From assembly GCA_965279525.1 (NCBI GenBank), contig CBDIIB010000004.1, positions 1,088,001 through 1,152,000 of the forward strand: DNA of 64,000 nucleotides. The letters run 5' to 3'. This document shows positions 1-9,356 of this stretch, piece by piece (the first letter of the stretch is position 1; every line of letters starts with the position of its first letter). This DNA comes from Tagaea sp. GTDB lineage: Bacteria; Pseudomonadota; Alphaproteobacteria; CACIAM-22H2. Below the pieces are notes generated by a model, which had not been told where the DNA came from, made no database searches, and worked only from the letters and a program-made list of their open reading frames with translations. The translations under genes were made by a program, and so were the position numbers.

Positions 1-391
1 GCGCTTGCGTGTATTTGATCTGGCCGCCGGCCGCGAGCATCTTGTCTTCCGCACCCGGAACGAGCTGGACGAACGATCCGCCGAGCAGCCCTTCGCTGGA
101 GATCTGCGCCACCGTGTCGACCGGCAGCTTGATCGCGGATTCGACCGTCAGCGTCAGCACGGCCTGGTAGGTCTCCGGATCGAGCGACTGGCCGATCACC
201 GAGCCCACCTTGATGCCCGACAGCTTCACGTCGGTGCCCAGGCGCACGCCGTCGATCCGCTCGAACTTCGCCGTCAGCGCGTAGCCGCGCACCGGTTTGA
301 TGTCGGCGGTCGAATAGGCGAACATCAGGAACATGCCGGCGACGACGAGCACGACGGCCCCCATCAGCGTCTCGACGAGATTCTTGCCCAT
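1..391 (-). CDS. mlaD: Outer membrane lipid asymmetry maintenance protein MlaD (MCE domain), 3' end outside the window
   Basis: Manual translation from ATG at 391: MGKNLVETLMGAVVLVVAG...AKFERIDGVRLGTDVKLSGIKVGSV...SEGLLGGSFVQLVPG, typical MlaD/MCE motifs; absent from the ORF track because it is truncated. Confidence 0.88.
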   Translation of the reverse strand, partial: MGKNLVETLMGAVVLVVAGMFLMFAYSTADIKPVRGYALTAKFERIDGVRLGTDVKLSGIKVGSVIGQSLDPETYQAVLTLTVESAIKLPVDTVAQISSEGLLGGSFVQLVPGAEDKMLAAGGQIKYTQA

Positions 392-429
392 CTAGCGGCG
401 GCTCCGTTTTCTGTCGGAAAGGGGCGGGA

Positions 430-792
430 TCAATTCGGCGTCCACGGTTCGTAGTCGCCGGTCGCCTTGGCGCGGTTCCCGCCCCGATAGTCGTGGCCGG
501 GCGGGCGGTAGGCGTTGGGCGTGCCGGTCTGGTTGGGCAGGTGTGGCAGCTGCCAGGGCTTGCGCGTGGGCAGGCCACCGGCCGGCGGCGGAGCCGCGAT
601 CAGGTGGTGCAGCCACGCGTGCCAGTCGGGCGGGACCTTCGTCGCCTCGGCTTCGCCCTCGTACACGACCCAGCGCTTCTCGCGCCGCGCGCGCAGCACG
701 CCGGTCTTGTCCTTGTAGTAGCGGTTGCCGAATTCGTCGCGGCCCACTTCCTGGCCGCGCAGCCACGTATAGAGGCGAGTTCCGATCGTCAT
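430..792 (-). CDS. NADH:ubiquinone oxidoreductase subunit NDUFA12 (17.2 kDa) family protein
   Basis: VGRDEFGNRYY, KRWVVY, VPPDWHAWLHH, HLPNQTGT and DYEPWTP motifs. Confidence 0.92.
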   Translation of the reverse strand: MTIGTRLYTWLRGQEVGRDEFGNRYYKDKTGVLRARREKRWVVYEGEAEATKVPPDWHAWLHHLIAAPPPAGGLPTRKPWQLPHLPNQTGTPNAYRPPGHDYRGGNRAKATGDYEPWTPN

Positions 793-902
793 TTCGCGAT
801 TCCCTTGTCGAATCAGGTGTTCGACGCGAGCGGACTATTGCACGCTCCCCTGCCCTCGTCCAGATTGCGGGCCTCCGCTCCCCAGCCGCTTCCGGCCTGC
901 AA

Positions 903-1949
903 ATGAACGATTTCTGGCGCAATTCCGGTTTCCACCTGCTCGACGCGCGGCCCGGCCCGCCGCGCCGGCTGGCGGTGACCGACGATTTCCTGCGCGCCTA
1001 CCTGATGCGCCCGGAGATCCGCCCGGTCGCCGAGTCCTGTGCTGCCGAGCGGGCCCTGCACGCCAGCCTGCTCGAGAATCCGCGCCGGTCGCCCAAGGCG
1101 GCCGAAATCGGGGCGCTGGCCGACGCCGACATGCGCGACAACTACGCGCTGCTGGTCGCGTTCCTTGCCCGGCTGGCGAAGGCCGGCACGGTCGAGGACG
1201 CCTATCTCGGCCATTTCGTCGCCCCGCCCAAGCGCGGCGAACCACCGGTCCCGCCGCTGTTCCTCGACCAGCTCGCGCACGTCGTGCTGCGCCACGCGCT
1301 CGACGGGACCGCCGATCCCATGCGCCTGCGCGCGGCCGAGATGCTCTACCGCAGCCAGCGGATCACCGTTTCCGACGGCGCCACGATGGCGGCCGACGAA
1401 GAGACGGTCGAGATGCACGCCGCCCGCCAGGCCGCCGGCGACGTGGGCCTGGGCGCCATCGGCGAACTCCTCAAGGAAGCCAAGCTGCCGGTGCGCTCGA
1501 TCGAGCTCGACGTGATGACCGAGGCCAACGCCGCGATCTATTGGGGCCGCGACGAGACGCATGACCTCGTGCTCGACCTCACCTTCGGGCGCGCCGGTCT
1601 CGATGCGCTGGCGCGGGTCCTCGAGACGTGGGTGGCGCATTTCCTGGGCATCGGCGTGTCGATCCAGCCGATGGTGCGCATCGACGACGAGCGCTGGGTC
1701 TGGCATGTCGGCCTCGACGCGCAGGCAAGTGCCATCATGAACGACCTCTATCGCGGCGAGACGGTCGACGAAGCGCGCCTGGCGCAGATCGTGGCGCTGT
1801 TCCGTCTCGACTTCGCCGATTCCAACGTCATGCGCCCGGATATTTCCGGCCGACCGGTCTATCTCGGCCTCGGCATGGACGAGAACAAGCGCGTCCGCCT
1901 CAAGCCGCAGAACCTTCTGGTCAACCTGCCGCTTGCGGCGCGGGCCTGA
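903..1949 (+). CDS. Conserved hypothetical protein, DUF6352-like
   Basis: Start moved to ATG 903 (MNDFWRNSGFHLL); C-terminal RLKPQNLLVNLP and PPLFLDQL recalled from the DUF6352 family; host-like codon usage. Confidence 0.7.
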   Translation: MNDFWRNSGFHLLDARPGPPRRLAVTDDFLRAYLMRPEIRPVAESCAAERALHASLLENPRRSPKAAEIGALADADMRDNYALLVAFLARLAKAGTVEDAYLGHFVAPPKRGEPPVPPLFLDQLAHVVLRHALDGTADPMRLRAAEMLYRSQRITVSDGATMAADEETVEMHAARQAAGDVGLGAIGELLKEAKLPVRSIELDVMTEANAAIYWGRDETHDLVLDLTFGRAGLDALARVLETWVAHFLGIGVSIQPMVRIDDERWVWHVGLDAQASAIMNDLYRGETVDEARLAQIVALFRLDFADSNVMRPDISGRPVYLGLGMDENKRVRLKPQNLLVNLPLAARA

Positions 1950-1955
1950 ACCCGA

Positions 1956-1975
1956 CGCGGCTCGACCGAGCCGCG
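1956..1975 (+). terminator. GC-rich hairpin after the DUF6352 gene (possible terminator)
   Basis: CGCGGCTCG-AC-CGAGCCGCG perfect inverted repeat just after the stop; U-tract is weak and displaced. Confidence 0.4.
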
Positions 1976-2228
1976 ATACCGGTTGTGATTTTCCGGCCGT
2001 TTCCGGATTGTACACTTTTCCCGGTGCAGAATTAATCACATGATATCATTTGAAAAATATTGATACTTGGCCACGCTCCAATCGATGATGCTGCACTGCA
2101 ATAACCCGAATTGTAACTTTCGGCATGGGGGTTAAGGGCCCGTCAAATAACGATAAATTAACACTTGACCGATTTCGCCTCGATTTTCCATGGATCGACG
2201 CTACAGGTGCCCCGATATCCCGTTGGCA

Positions 2229-2341
2229 ATGCTAGATATTGTAGCGGTACGCATAATTCGGTCAAAATCCAGTTGCGGGCGATTCCGGGCTCTGGTCAAC
2301 ATTTGGTAACGAGCTTCGCCCTCCACCACGACATCTTGTGA
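2229..2341. promoter_or_regulatory. Tandem NrdR boxes upstream of nrdJ
   Basis: Matches to acaCwAtATaTwGtgt at 2229-2244 (ATGCTAGATATTGTAG), 2294-2309 (GGTCAACATTTGGTAA) and 2326-2341 (CCACGACATCTTGTGA); the last two are 32 bp apart, typical NrdR tandem spacing. Confidence 0.7.
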
Positions 2342-2518
2342 GGCGGCCCAACCTCCACCCAGGGGACGGGGCAGGAGTCGGCGAAGACGGCGGGAGACCT
2401 TGCGCGACAGGCCACGGAGCCGACGCGGGCGGGGTCGAACGTTCGCGATGAACCACAGTCCGCACGCGCGATCCACGGGGATCGCCGGCGGGCGAAAAGA
2501 AAAAGGCCGGAGGCCAGC

Positions 2519-5500
2519 ATGCGTATCGAACGGCGATTCACGAAGGCAGGGGACGACGCGTACGCGTCGCTCGCGTTCACCACGACGAACAGCGAGATTC
2601 GCAATCCCGACGGCTCGGTGGTTTTCCAGGCCAAGGATATCGAAGTGCCCGCCACGTGGTCGCAGGTCGCATGCGACGTGCTGGCGCAGAAGTATTTCCG
2701 CAAGCGCGGCGTGCCCGCGGCGCTGAAGTCCGTCGAGGAAAACGACGTGCCGTCGTGGCTGTGGCGCAAGAAGCCGGACGACCTGGCGCTTGCCAAGCTG
2801 CCCGAGAACCAGCGCATCCGCGGCGAGCAGTCGGCCAAGGAAGTGTTCGACCGTCTCGCCGGCACCTGGACCTACTGGGGCTGGAAGGGCGGCTATTTCG
2901 ACAGCGAGGACGACGCGCGCGCCTATTTCGACGAGATGCGTTTCGCGCTCGCCGCCCAGCTCGCGGCACCCAACTCGCCGCAATGGTTCAACACCGGCCT
3001 GCACTGGGCCTACGGCATCGACGGCCCCGGCCAGGGCCACTTCTATGTCGACTACCGCACGGGCAAGCTGACCGCGTCGAGCTCGGCCTACGAGCATCCG
3101 CAGCCGCACGCCTGCTTCATCCAGTCCGTCGAGGACGACCTCGTCAACGAGGGCGGCATCATGGACCTTTGGGTGCGCGAGGCGCGCCTGTTCAAGTACG
3201 GCTCGGGGACGGGCTCCAACTTCTCCAAGTTGCGCGGCGAGAGCGAGAAGCTGTCGGGCGGCGGCAAGTCGTCGGGCCTGATGAGCTTCCTCAAGATCGG
3301 CGACCGGGCTGCCGGCGCCATCAAGTCGGGCGGCACGACGCGGCGCGCGGCCAAGATGGTCACCGTCGACGTCGACCATCCGGACATCGAGAACTACATC
3401 AACTGGAAGGTCGTCGAAGAGCAGAAGGTCGCCGCCCTCGTCGCCGGCTCGCGCCTGTGCGCCAAGCACCTCAACGACATCATGGCGTCGATCGAGCGCA
3501 AGGACGGCGATGCCACGTTCGACCCCAAGGCGAACAAGAAGCTGCGCGACGCCATCAAGGCCGCGCGCAAGTCGCTGATTCCGGAAAACTACATCCAGCG
3601 CGTCATCCAGTTCGCCAAACAGGGCTTCGACAGCATCAACTTCCCGACCTACGACACCGACTGGGATTCGGAAGCCTACCTGACGGTTTCGGGCCAGAAC
3701 TCGAACAACTCGGTGCGTCTGACCAACGAGTTCCTGCAGGCCGTCCTCGACGGCGGCAAGTGGACGCTCGTGCGCCGCACCGACGGCAAGACGCACAAGG
3801 AAATCGAAGCCAAGTCGCTGTGGGACCAGATCGCCTACGCCGCCTGGGCCTCGGCCGATCCGGGCCTGCAGTACGATTCGACGATCAACGAGTGGCACAC
3901 CTGCCCGGCCTCGGGGCGCATCAACGCCTCGAACCCGTGCTCGGAATACATGTTCCTCGACGACACGGCGTGCAACCTCGCCTCGATCAACCTGCTCGCC
4001 TTCCGCCGCGCCGACGGCTCGTTCGACACGCCCGCCTTCGAGCATGCGTGCCGCCTGTGGACGGTGACGCTGGAAGTCTCGGTGCTGATGGCGCAGTTCC
4101 CGTCCAAGCGCATCGCGGAACTCTCCTACGAGTACCGCACGCTCGGCCTCGGCTTCGCGAACATCGGCGGCCTGTTGATGGCGATGGGTCTCTCCTATGA
4201 CAGCGACGAAGGGCGCGCCATCTGCGGGGCGATCTCCGCCGTCATGACCGGCGTCAGCTACGCCACGTCGGCCGAGATGGCCTCGGAGCTCGGGCCGTTC
4301 CCCGGCTACGAGCCGAACCGCGAGCACATGCTGCGCGTCATCCGCAATCACCGGCGCGCGGCATACGGCGAGACGCAAGGCTACGAAGGCCTGACGATCC
4401 CGCCCGTCCCGCTCGACCACAAGTCGGTCGTCGACAAGGAACTGGTCGCCGCCGCCAAGCGCGCCTGGGACCAGGCGCTGGAACTGGGCGTGGCGCACGG
4501 CTACCGCAACGCGCAGGCCAGCGTCGTGGCGCCGACGGGCACCATCGGCCTCGTCATGGATTGCGACACGACGGGCATCGAGCCCGACTTCGCGCTCGTG
4601 AAGTTCAAGAAGCTGGCCGGCGGCGGCTACTTCAAGATCATCAACCGCGTCGTGCCCGTGGGTCTCGAGACGCTCGGCTACACGCAGGAACAGATCGACG
4701 AGATCATCCTCTATGCCGTCGGCCACGGCACGCTGAAGGGCTCGAACGCGATCAGCTATGAAGCGCTGAAGTCCAAGGGCTTCGGCACGGCCCAGCTCGA
4801 GGCGCTGGAGACCGCGCTCAAGACCGCCTTCGACGTCAAGTTCGCCTTCAACAAGTGGACGCTGGGCGAGGAATTCTGCCTCAACACGCTGAAGCTGACC
4901 AAGGCGCAGCTCGACGATCCGGCTCTCGACCTCCTGACGGCCATCGGCTTCTCGAAGGCCGAGATCGACGCGGCCAACACCTACTGCTCGGGCTCGATGA
5001 TGCTGGAGGGTGCCCCGCACCTGAAGGAAGAGCACCTTTCGGTGTTCGACTGCGCCAATCCGTGCGGTCGACTCGGCAAGCGCTACCTTTCGGTCGACAG
5101 CCACATCCACATGATGGCGGCCGCCCAGCCCTTCATCTCGGGCGCCATCTCCAAGACCATCAACATGCCCAACCACGCGACGGTCGAGGACTGCAAGGAC
5201 GCCTATCTGCTGTCCTGGCGCCTGTGCCTGAAGGCCAACGCGCTCTATCGCGACGGCTCGAAGCTTTCCCAGCCGCTGGCTTCCATCGTGGGCGAGGACA
5301 TCGACCTGCACGAGGAGGTCGAGGAGATCGCGGCCGCCCCGGCCCAGGCGAAGGTCGAGCGCGTCGTGGAGCGGATCATCGAGCGCGTCTCGGAAGCCGC
5401 CAAGCGCGACCGCCTGCCCAACCGGCGCAAGGGTTACACCCAGAAGGCGATGGTCGGCGGGCACAAGGTCTACCTGCGCACCGGCGAATACGAGAGCGGC

Positions 5501-6283
5501 CAGATCGGCGAGCTGTTCATCGACATGCACAAGGAAGGTGCGGCCTTCCGCAGCCTGATGAACAACTTCGCGATCGCCGTCTCGATCGGCCTGCAATACG
5601 GCGTGCCGCTCGACGAATACGTGGAGGCGTTCACCTTCACGCGCTTCGAGCCCAACGGCATCGTGCAGGGCAACGAGACGATCAAGAACGCGACGTCGAT
5701 CCTGGATTACATCTTCCGGGAACTGGCGATCTCGTATCTGGGCCGCGACGACCTCGCCCACGTGGTGCAGGAAGATCTCGCCCCGGACGCGATGGGCAAG
5801 GGCGAACGCGCCTCGTCGCTGCCGGGCGAAGGCTCGGCCGCCGCGGCCGCCGCCCTCGACGCGGTCAAGCGGGTCGCCTCCACCGGCTTCGTGCGCCAGC
5901 GCTTCAAGGTGCTGCCGGGCGGTTCGACCCGCCCCGCGGCGACTGCACTTGCCGGCGACCTCGCCCTGCTCGAGCCGGAAGTCGAGACCGACGTCGCCGT
6001 CGCGACGGTCGCGGTCGGCGAGACGAGCGTATCGATCGAAGCCGAAGCCGCGACGACCGAAGCCGGCAGGCAGCCGATCGGCTTTGCGATAGAGGCCGTC
6101 GCCACGGCGATGAACGCGGCCCTCTCGGCCCCCGCACCCGCGGGCAAGGGCGAGAAGATCCGCGAAGCGCGCATGAAGGGCTACACGGGCGATTCCTGCG
6201 AGAACTGCGGCTCGATGGGCATGGTGCGCAACGGCACGTGCACCAAGTGCATCGACTGCGGTTCGACGAGCGGGTGTTCCTGA
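2519..6283 (+). CDS. nrdJ: Vitamin B12-dependent (class II) ribonucleotide reductase
   Basis: [43 protein letters not shown]-like [11 protein letters not shown] domain and C-terminal CENC...[11 protein letters not shown]; GGAGG RBS. Confidence 0.97.
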   Translation: MRIERRFTKAGDDAYASLAFTTTNSEIRNPDGSVVFQAKDIEVPATWSQVACDVLAQKYFRKRGVPAALKSVEENDVPSWLWRKKPDDLALAKLPENQRIRGEQSAKEVFDRLAGTWTYWGWKGGYFDSEDDARAYFDEMRFALAAQLAAPNSPQWFNTGLHWAYGIDGPGQGHFYVDYRTGKLTASSSAYEHPQPHACFIQSVEDDLVNEGGIMDLWVREARLFKYGSGTGSNFSKLRGESEKLSGGGKSSGLMSFLKIGDRAAGAIKSGGTTRRAAKMVTVDVDHPDIENYINWKVVEEQKVAALVAGSRLCAKHLNDIMASIERKDGDATFDPKANKKLRDAIKAARKSLIPENYIQRVIQFAKQGFDSINFPTYDTDWDSEAYLTVSGQNSNNSVRLTNEFLQAVLDGGKWTLVRRTDGKTHKEIEAKSLWDQIAYAAWASADPGLQYDSTINEWHTCPASGRINASNPCSEYMFLDDTACNLASINLLAFRRADGSFDTPAFEHACRLWTVTLEVSVLMAQFPSKRIAELSYEYRTLGLGFANIGGLLMAMGLSYDSDEGRAICGAISAVMTGVSYATSAEMASELGPFPGYEPNREHMLRVIRNHRRAAYGETQGYEGLTIPPVPLDHKSVVDKELVAAAKRAWDQALELGVAHGYRNAQASVVAPTGTIGLVMDCDTTGIEPDFALVKFKKLAGGGYFKIINRVVPVGLETLGYTQEQIDEIILYAVGHGTLKGSNAISYEALKSKGFGTAQLEALETALKTAFDVKFAFNKWTLGEEFCLNTLKLTKAQLDDPALDLLTAIGFSKAEIDAANTYCSGSMMLEGAPHLKEEHLSVFDCANPCGRLGKRYLSVDSHIHMMAAAQPFISGAISKTINMPNHATVEDCKDAYLLSWRLCLKANALYRDGSKLSQPLASIVGEDIDLHEEVEEIAAAPAQAKVERVVERIIERVSEAAKRDRLPNRRKGYTQKAMVGGHKVYLRTGEYESGQIGELFIDMHKEGAAFRSLMNNFAIAVSIGLQYGVPLDEYVEAFTFTRFEPNGIVQGNETIKNATSILDYIFRELAISYLGRDDLAHVVQEDLAPDAMGKGERASSLPGEGSAAAAAALDAVKRVASTGFVRQRFKVLPGGSTRPAATALAGDLALLEPEVETDVAVATVAVGETSVSIEAEAATTEAGRQPIGFAIEAVATAMNAALSAPAPAGKGEKIREARMKGYTGDSCENCGSMGMVRNGTCTKCIDCGSTSGCS

Positions 6284-6306
6284 ACCAAGACCTGAGCCGA
6301 CACGTC

Positions 6307-6338
6307 AAGGGCCGGTCGCAAGACCGGCCCTTTTCGTT
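6307..6338 (+). terminator. Rho-independent terminator of nrdJ
   Basis: AAGGGCCGGTC-GCAA-GACCGGCCCTTTT: stem, GNRA loop, U-tract. Confidence 0.85.
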
Positions 6339-6365
6339 TGCGCAGCACCCCGCTAATGTCGCGCG

Positions 6366-7028
6366 ATGATGACAAAATCCACACCGAGAATCGCCCTTAT
6401 CCACGCGCTGCGCGATTCCGTCGCCCCGGCCATGGACGCCATGGCGCGCGGCTGGCCGCAGGCGACGGCGACGAACCTGCTGGACGATTCGCTGTCGGCC
6501 GACCTCGCGCGCGACGGCCGGCTCACGCAAGCGATGACCGACCGGTTCGTCGCACTCGCGCGCTATGCGGTCGGGACCGGCGCCGACGGGATCCTGTTCA
6601 CCTGTTCGGCCTTCGGGCCGGCCATCGAGGCGGCCCGGGCGGCCGTCGCCGTCCCGGTCCTGAAGCCCAACGAGAGCGCGTTCGCGGCAGCGCTGGCCGC
6701 AGGCCCGCGCATCGGCATGCTGGTCACCTTCACGGGCTCGCTGCCGGCCCTGCAGGCCGAACTCCACGCGATGGCCGCCGGCACCCGGGTCGACGTGCAT
6801 GCGCGCCTCGTCCCGGGCGCGCTCTCGGCGCTGCAGAGGGGTGACGCCATCGGCCACGATGTCGCGATCGCCGCCGACGCGGCCGGCCTGCCGGACTGCG
6901 ATGCGATCGTGCTTGGCCAGTTCTCGATGGCGCGCGCGCAAAGTGCCGTGGCCGCCCGCGTCGCCTGCCCCGTGCTGACAACGCCCGACGCCGCCATCGC
7001 CGACCTGCGCCGGCGCCTTGCCGCATGA
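6366..7028 (+). CDS. Asp/Glu/hydantoin racemase-fold protein
   Basis: RIALIHA, NLLDDSL, GADGILFTCSAFG, DAIVLGQFSMA and PVLTTP motifs. Confidence 0.8.
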   Translation: MMTKSTPRIALIHALRDSVAPAMDAMARGWPQATATNLLDDSLSADLARDGRLTQAMTDRFVALARYAVGTGADGILFTCSAFGPAIEAARAAVAVPVLKPNESAFAAALAAGPRIGMLVTFTGSLPALQAELHAMAAGTRVDVHARLVPGALSALQRGDAIGHDVAIAADAAGLPDCDAIVLGQFSMARAQSAVAARVACPVLTTPDAAIADLRRRLAA

Positions 7029-8125
7029 CGGCGGTCAATCCGTGGGCCGGCGTGGTGAAGGGCGACGACCGCGGCATCCGCGAGATGCTGCGGCTTGCCT
7101 CGGAAGGCGTGGAAGGCCTGCTGATGCGCCAGGTGCCGGGCAAGGAATCCGAGCTCGACCGGCAGATCTTCGCGGACATCGAGACCAACGGCTGCTTCCG
7201 TTTCAAGGAATCGACGGGCGCTTTCGCCAACGAGCCGATCACCTTCGACGCGCGCATGGGCCGGCTCGACGTGACGACGAACATCATGTCCGGCAAGGAC
7301 GGCAGCGGTGCCCAGCTCGTACGCTCGGGCAGCGACATGGCGCTGATGAAGGACAACGACCCCGGCTCGCAATACAACAGGCGCCTGGTCGAGATCGTCT
7401 CGCAGGTGCTTGGCCTCGGCATCGTCGACGAAGTCACGTTCGGGCAGAAGCTGCTGCCGAGCACGCTGCTCTATCTGAAGCCGCTGCCCAACCCCGAGGA
7501 TTCCTGCGACCGGTTCGTCGCCGACATCATCGGCGCGCTGAAGCGCTACAAGCCGCAGGCGATCCGCGACAAGAAGATGTTCGATGCCACCTACGTGAAA
7601 CTCGTCGACCGGATGTTCCGCTCCGGCATCGAGGCAAGCCGCATGACGCCCGAAAGCCTGCAGTCCACGATCCTGCAGGAGACGCTGCGCGCGGCGGTCA
7701 AGGTCGAGATCTGGCGCAAGCTGTGGCGCTGGACGATCGACACGGCGCTGAAGGTGGGCGAGCTGCGCACGATCCAGGCGATCCTGCTCGACCAGGACCT
7801 GAGCAAATGGGTGCGTGATCTCGAAGAGGCGATCAAGCGTGCCGGCAAGATCGTCGGCAACTACGCGGCCAACGGCTCGTCGCTCTACGAACGCGCCATC
7901 AAGAGCGAGGATTTCTACGTCGAGGCGATGCCGGCCATCATCTACATGCGCGACGCGCGCACGACGGTCGAGGAGGTCTTCGTCCATGTCGCCGAGTGGG
8001 CGACGATCCCCTCGAAGGTCCCGAAGATGGGCTCGATCAAGATGGCGACGGACGCGCTGAAGCCGCAGCTGCCGGTCATCCGCGAGATCATGAAGATGCC
8101 GGTCCCCCGCGCGGTCGCGGGCTAG
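7025..8125 (+). CDS. Hypothetical protein (366 aa), no recognised family
   Basis: ATGA overlap with the upstream gene, strong third-position GC bias, balanced protein-like composition unlike the Arg-rich shadow frames. Confidence 0.8.
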   Translation: MTAVNPWAGVVKGDDRGIREMLRLASEGVEGLLMRQVPGKESELDRQIFADIETNGCFRFKESTGAFANEPITFDARMGRLDVTTNIMSGKDGSGAQLVRSGSDMALMKDNDPGSQYNRRLVEIVSQVLGLGIVDEVTFGQKLLPSTLLYLKPLPNPEDSCDRFVADIIGALKRYKPQAIRDKKMFDATYVKLVDRMFRSGIEASRMTPESLQSTILQETLRAAVKVEIWRKLWRWTIDTALKVGELRTIQAILLDQDLSKWVRDLEEAIKRAGKIVGNYAANGSSLYERAIKSEDFYVEAMPAIIYMRDARTTVEEVFVHVAEWATIPSKVPKMGSIKMATDALKPQLPVIREIMKMPVPRAVAG

Positions 8126-8129
8126 CGGT

Positions 8130-8769
8130 TCAGCGCACCATCCCGAAACGGCGCAGCATCGCGACGAGCGCTTCGCCCGCCACAGGCACGATGCGCCCGG
8201 CAGGGGCGTCGACCAGTTCGCGTGCCACCGGCCCGACGGCGACGTTGGCAAAGCGCCAGTCGAGCGTGCCCGGCTGGCCCAACGCCTCGCCTGCCCCCTG
8301 AAGGCGCCACAGGATGTTGCGCGCATCGACCCACGCGAAACCGTCGAAGCCCGGATCGGCGGCCGTGCGGGTCATGCGCAGCTTGGTCGTCGGCTGGCCT
8401 TCCATCCGCTCGCTGCCGATCGTCTGGAGCCGGAACCCGTCGCCGCGCAGGGCCGCCGGCGACAGGCCGAAGCCGGAAAGATCGGTCTCGAAATTGACGC
8501 CGAGCGACGGAAGCGACAGCCACGCCTTGTCCAGATCGAGACGCGCCACGACATGCCGCTCGACCCCGCCGCGCGCCTCGTAGCGGATCGCGTTGCGCGT
8601 GCGCCAGATGCGCGCCGCCTCCGGCCGCTTTACGTCCTCCGGCTTGCCGAAGAAACCGTCGATCGCGTAGTCGACCTGCGGCGCGAACGGCGAGACGGCT
8701 GCGGCCCTGCGCGAAGGCGGGGGATGCGGCAAGGGCCAACAGGGAAGCCAGTAGCGAACGGCGCTGCAT
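8130..8769 (-). pseudogene. Exported protein (DUF4412-like) split by a +1 frameshift near 8705; possibly a sequencing error
   Basis: Signal peptide MQRRSLLASLLALAASPAFAQ is in one frame and the body AAAVSPFAPQVDY...GMVR in another; span is 3n+1. Confidence 0.6.
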
Positions 8770-8883
8770 TGTTCCGGTATAGGCAGGGAAAATGGCGGCG
8801 GCAAGGCGGGCAAGCGGTCTGGTTTCCGGGGCACCCGTCCGCTAGTCTGAAGGCCCGACCCGACAGCAGACGGAACCTCCCCC

Positions 8884-9351
8884 ATGCCCGGCAAGATCGA
8901 AGCGCGTCTCAAGGAAATCGGTATCGACCTTCCCGTGGCGGCGGCCCCGGCCGGCAACTACGTGCCCTATGTCGTCTCCGGCAAGCTCGTGTTCGTCGCC
9001 GGCCAGATCACGCTCAAGGACGGCAAGCCGCAGTTCCTGGGCAAGCTCGGGCGCGAGTTCGGCATCGAGGACGGCCAGGCGGCGGCCCGGCTGTGCGCGA
9101 TCAACATCGTCTCGCAGCTCAAGGCCGCGTGCGGCGGCGATCTCGACCGGGTCGTGCGGATCGTCCGGCTCGGCGGTTTCGTCAACTGCATCCCCGAATT
9201 CACCGACCAGCCCAAGGTCATCAACGGCGCTTCGGACCTGATCGTCCAGATCTTCGGCGAGGCCGGCAAGCACGCGCGCGCGGCCGTGGGCTCAGCCGGG
9301 CTGCCGCTGGGCGTGGCGGTCGAGATCGACGCGGTCGCCGAGATCGCCTGA
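8884..9351 (+). CDS. RidA/YjgF family protein
   Basis: NYVPY, VAGQI, INGASDL, GKHARAAVG and LPLGVAVEID motifs. Confidence 0.92.
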   Translation: MPGKIEARLKEIGIDLPVAAAPAGNYVPYVVSGKLVFVAGQITLKDGKPQFLGKLGREFGIEDGQAAARLCAINIVSQLKAACGGDLDRVVRIVRLGGFVNCIPEFTDQPKVINGASDLIVQIFGEAGKHARAAVGSAGLPLGVAVEIDAVAEIA

Positions 9352-9356
9352 CGCGG

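Noticed and set aside
2340-2518. Cobalamin riboswitch ahead of the B12-dependent RNR
   Set aside because: No recognisable B12-box or conserved core; such riboswitches normally control B12-independent isoenzymes.
2201-5761. 1186-aa minus-strand ORF (and similar long ORFs such as 18213-21323, 11983-14565, 53148-55967)
   Set aside because: Antisense shadows of well-supported genes, expected from high-GC codon bias; no recognisable motifs.
2519-6283. Possible intein or intron in the long nrdJ
   Set aside because: No intein splice motifs or homing endonuclease seen; the length is explained by the usual alphaproteobacterial insert, the TSCPD domain and an Ala-rich linker.
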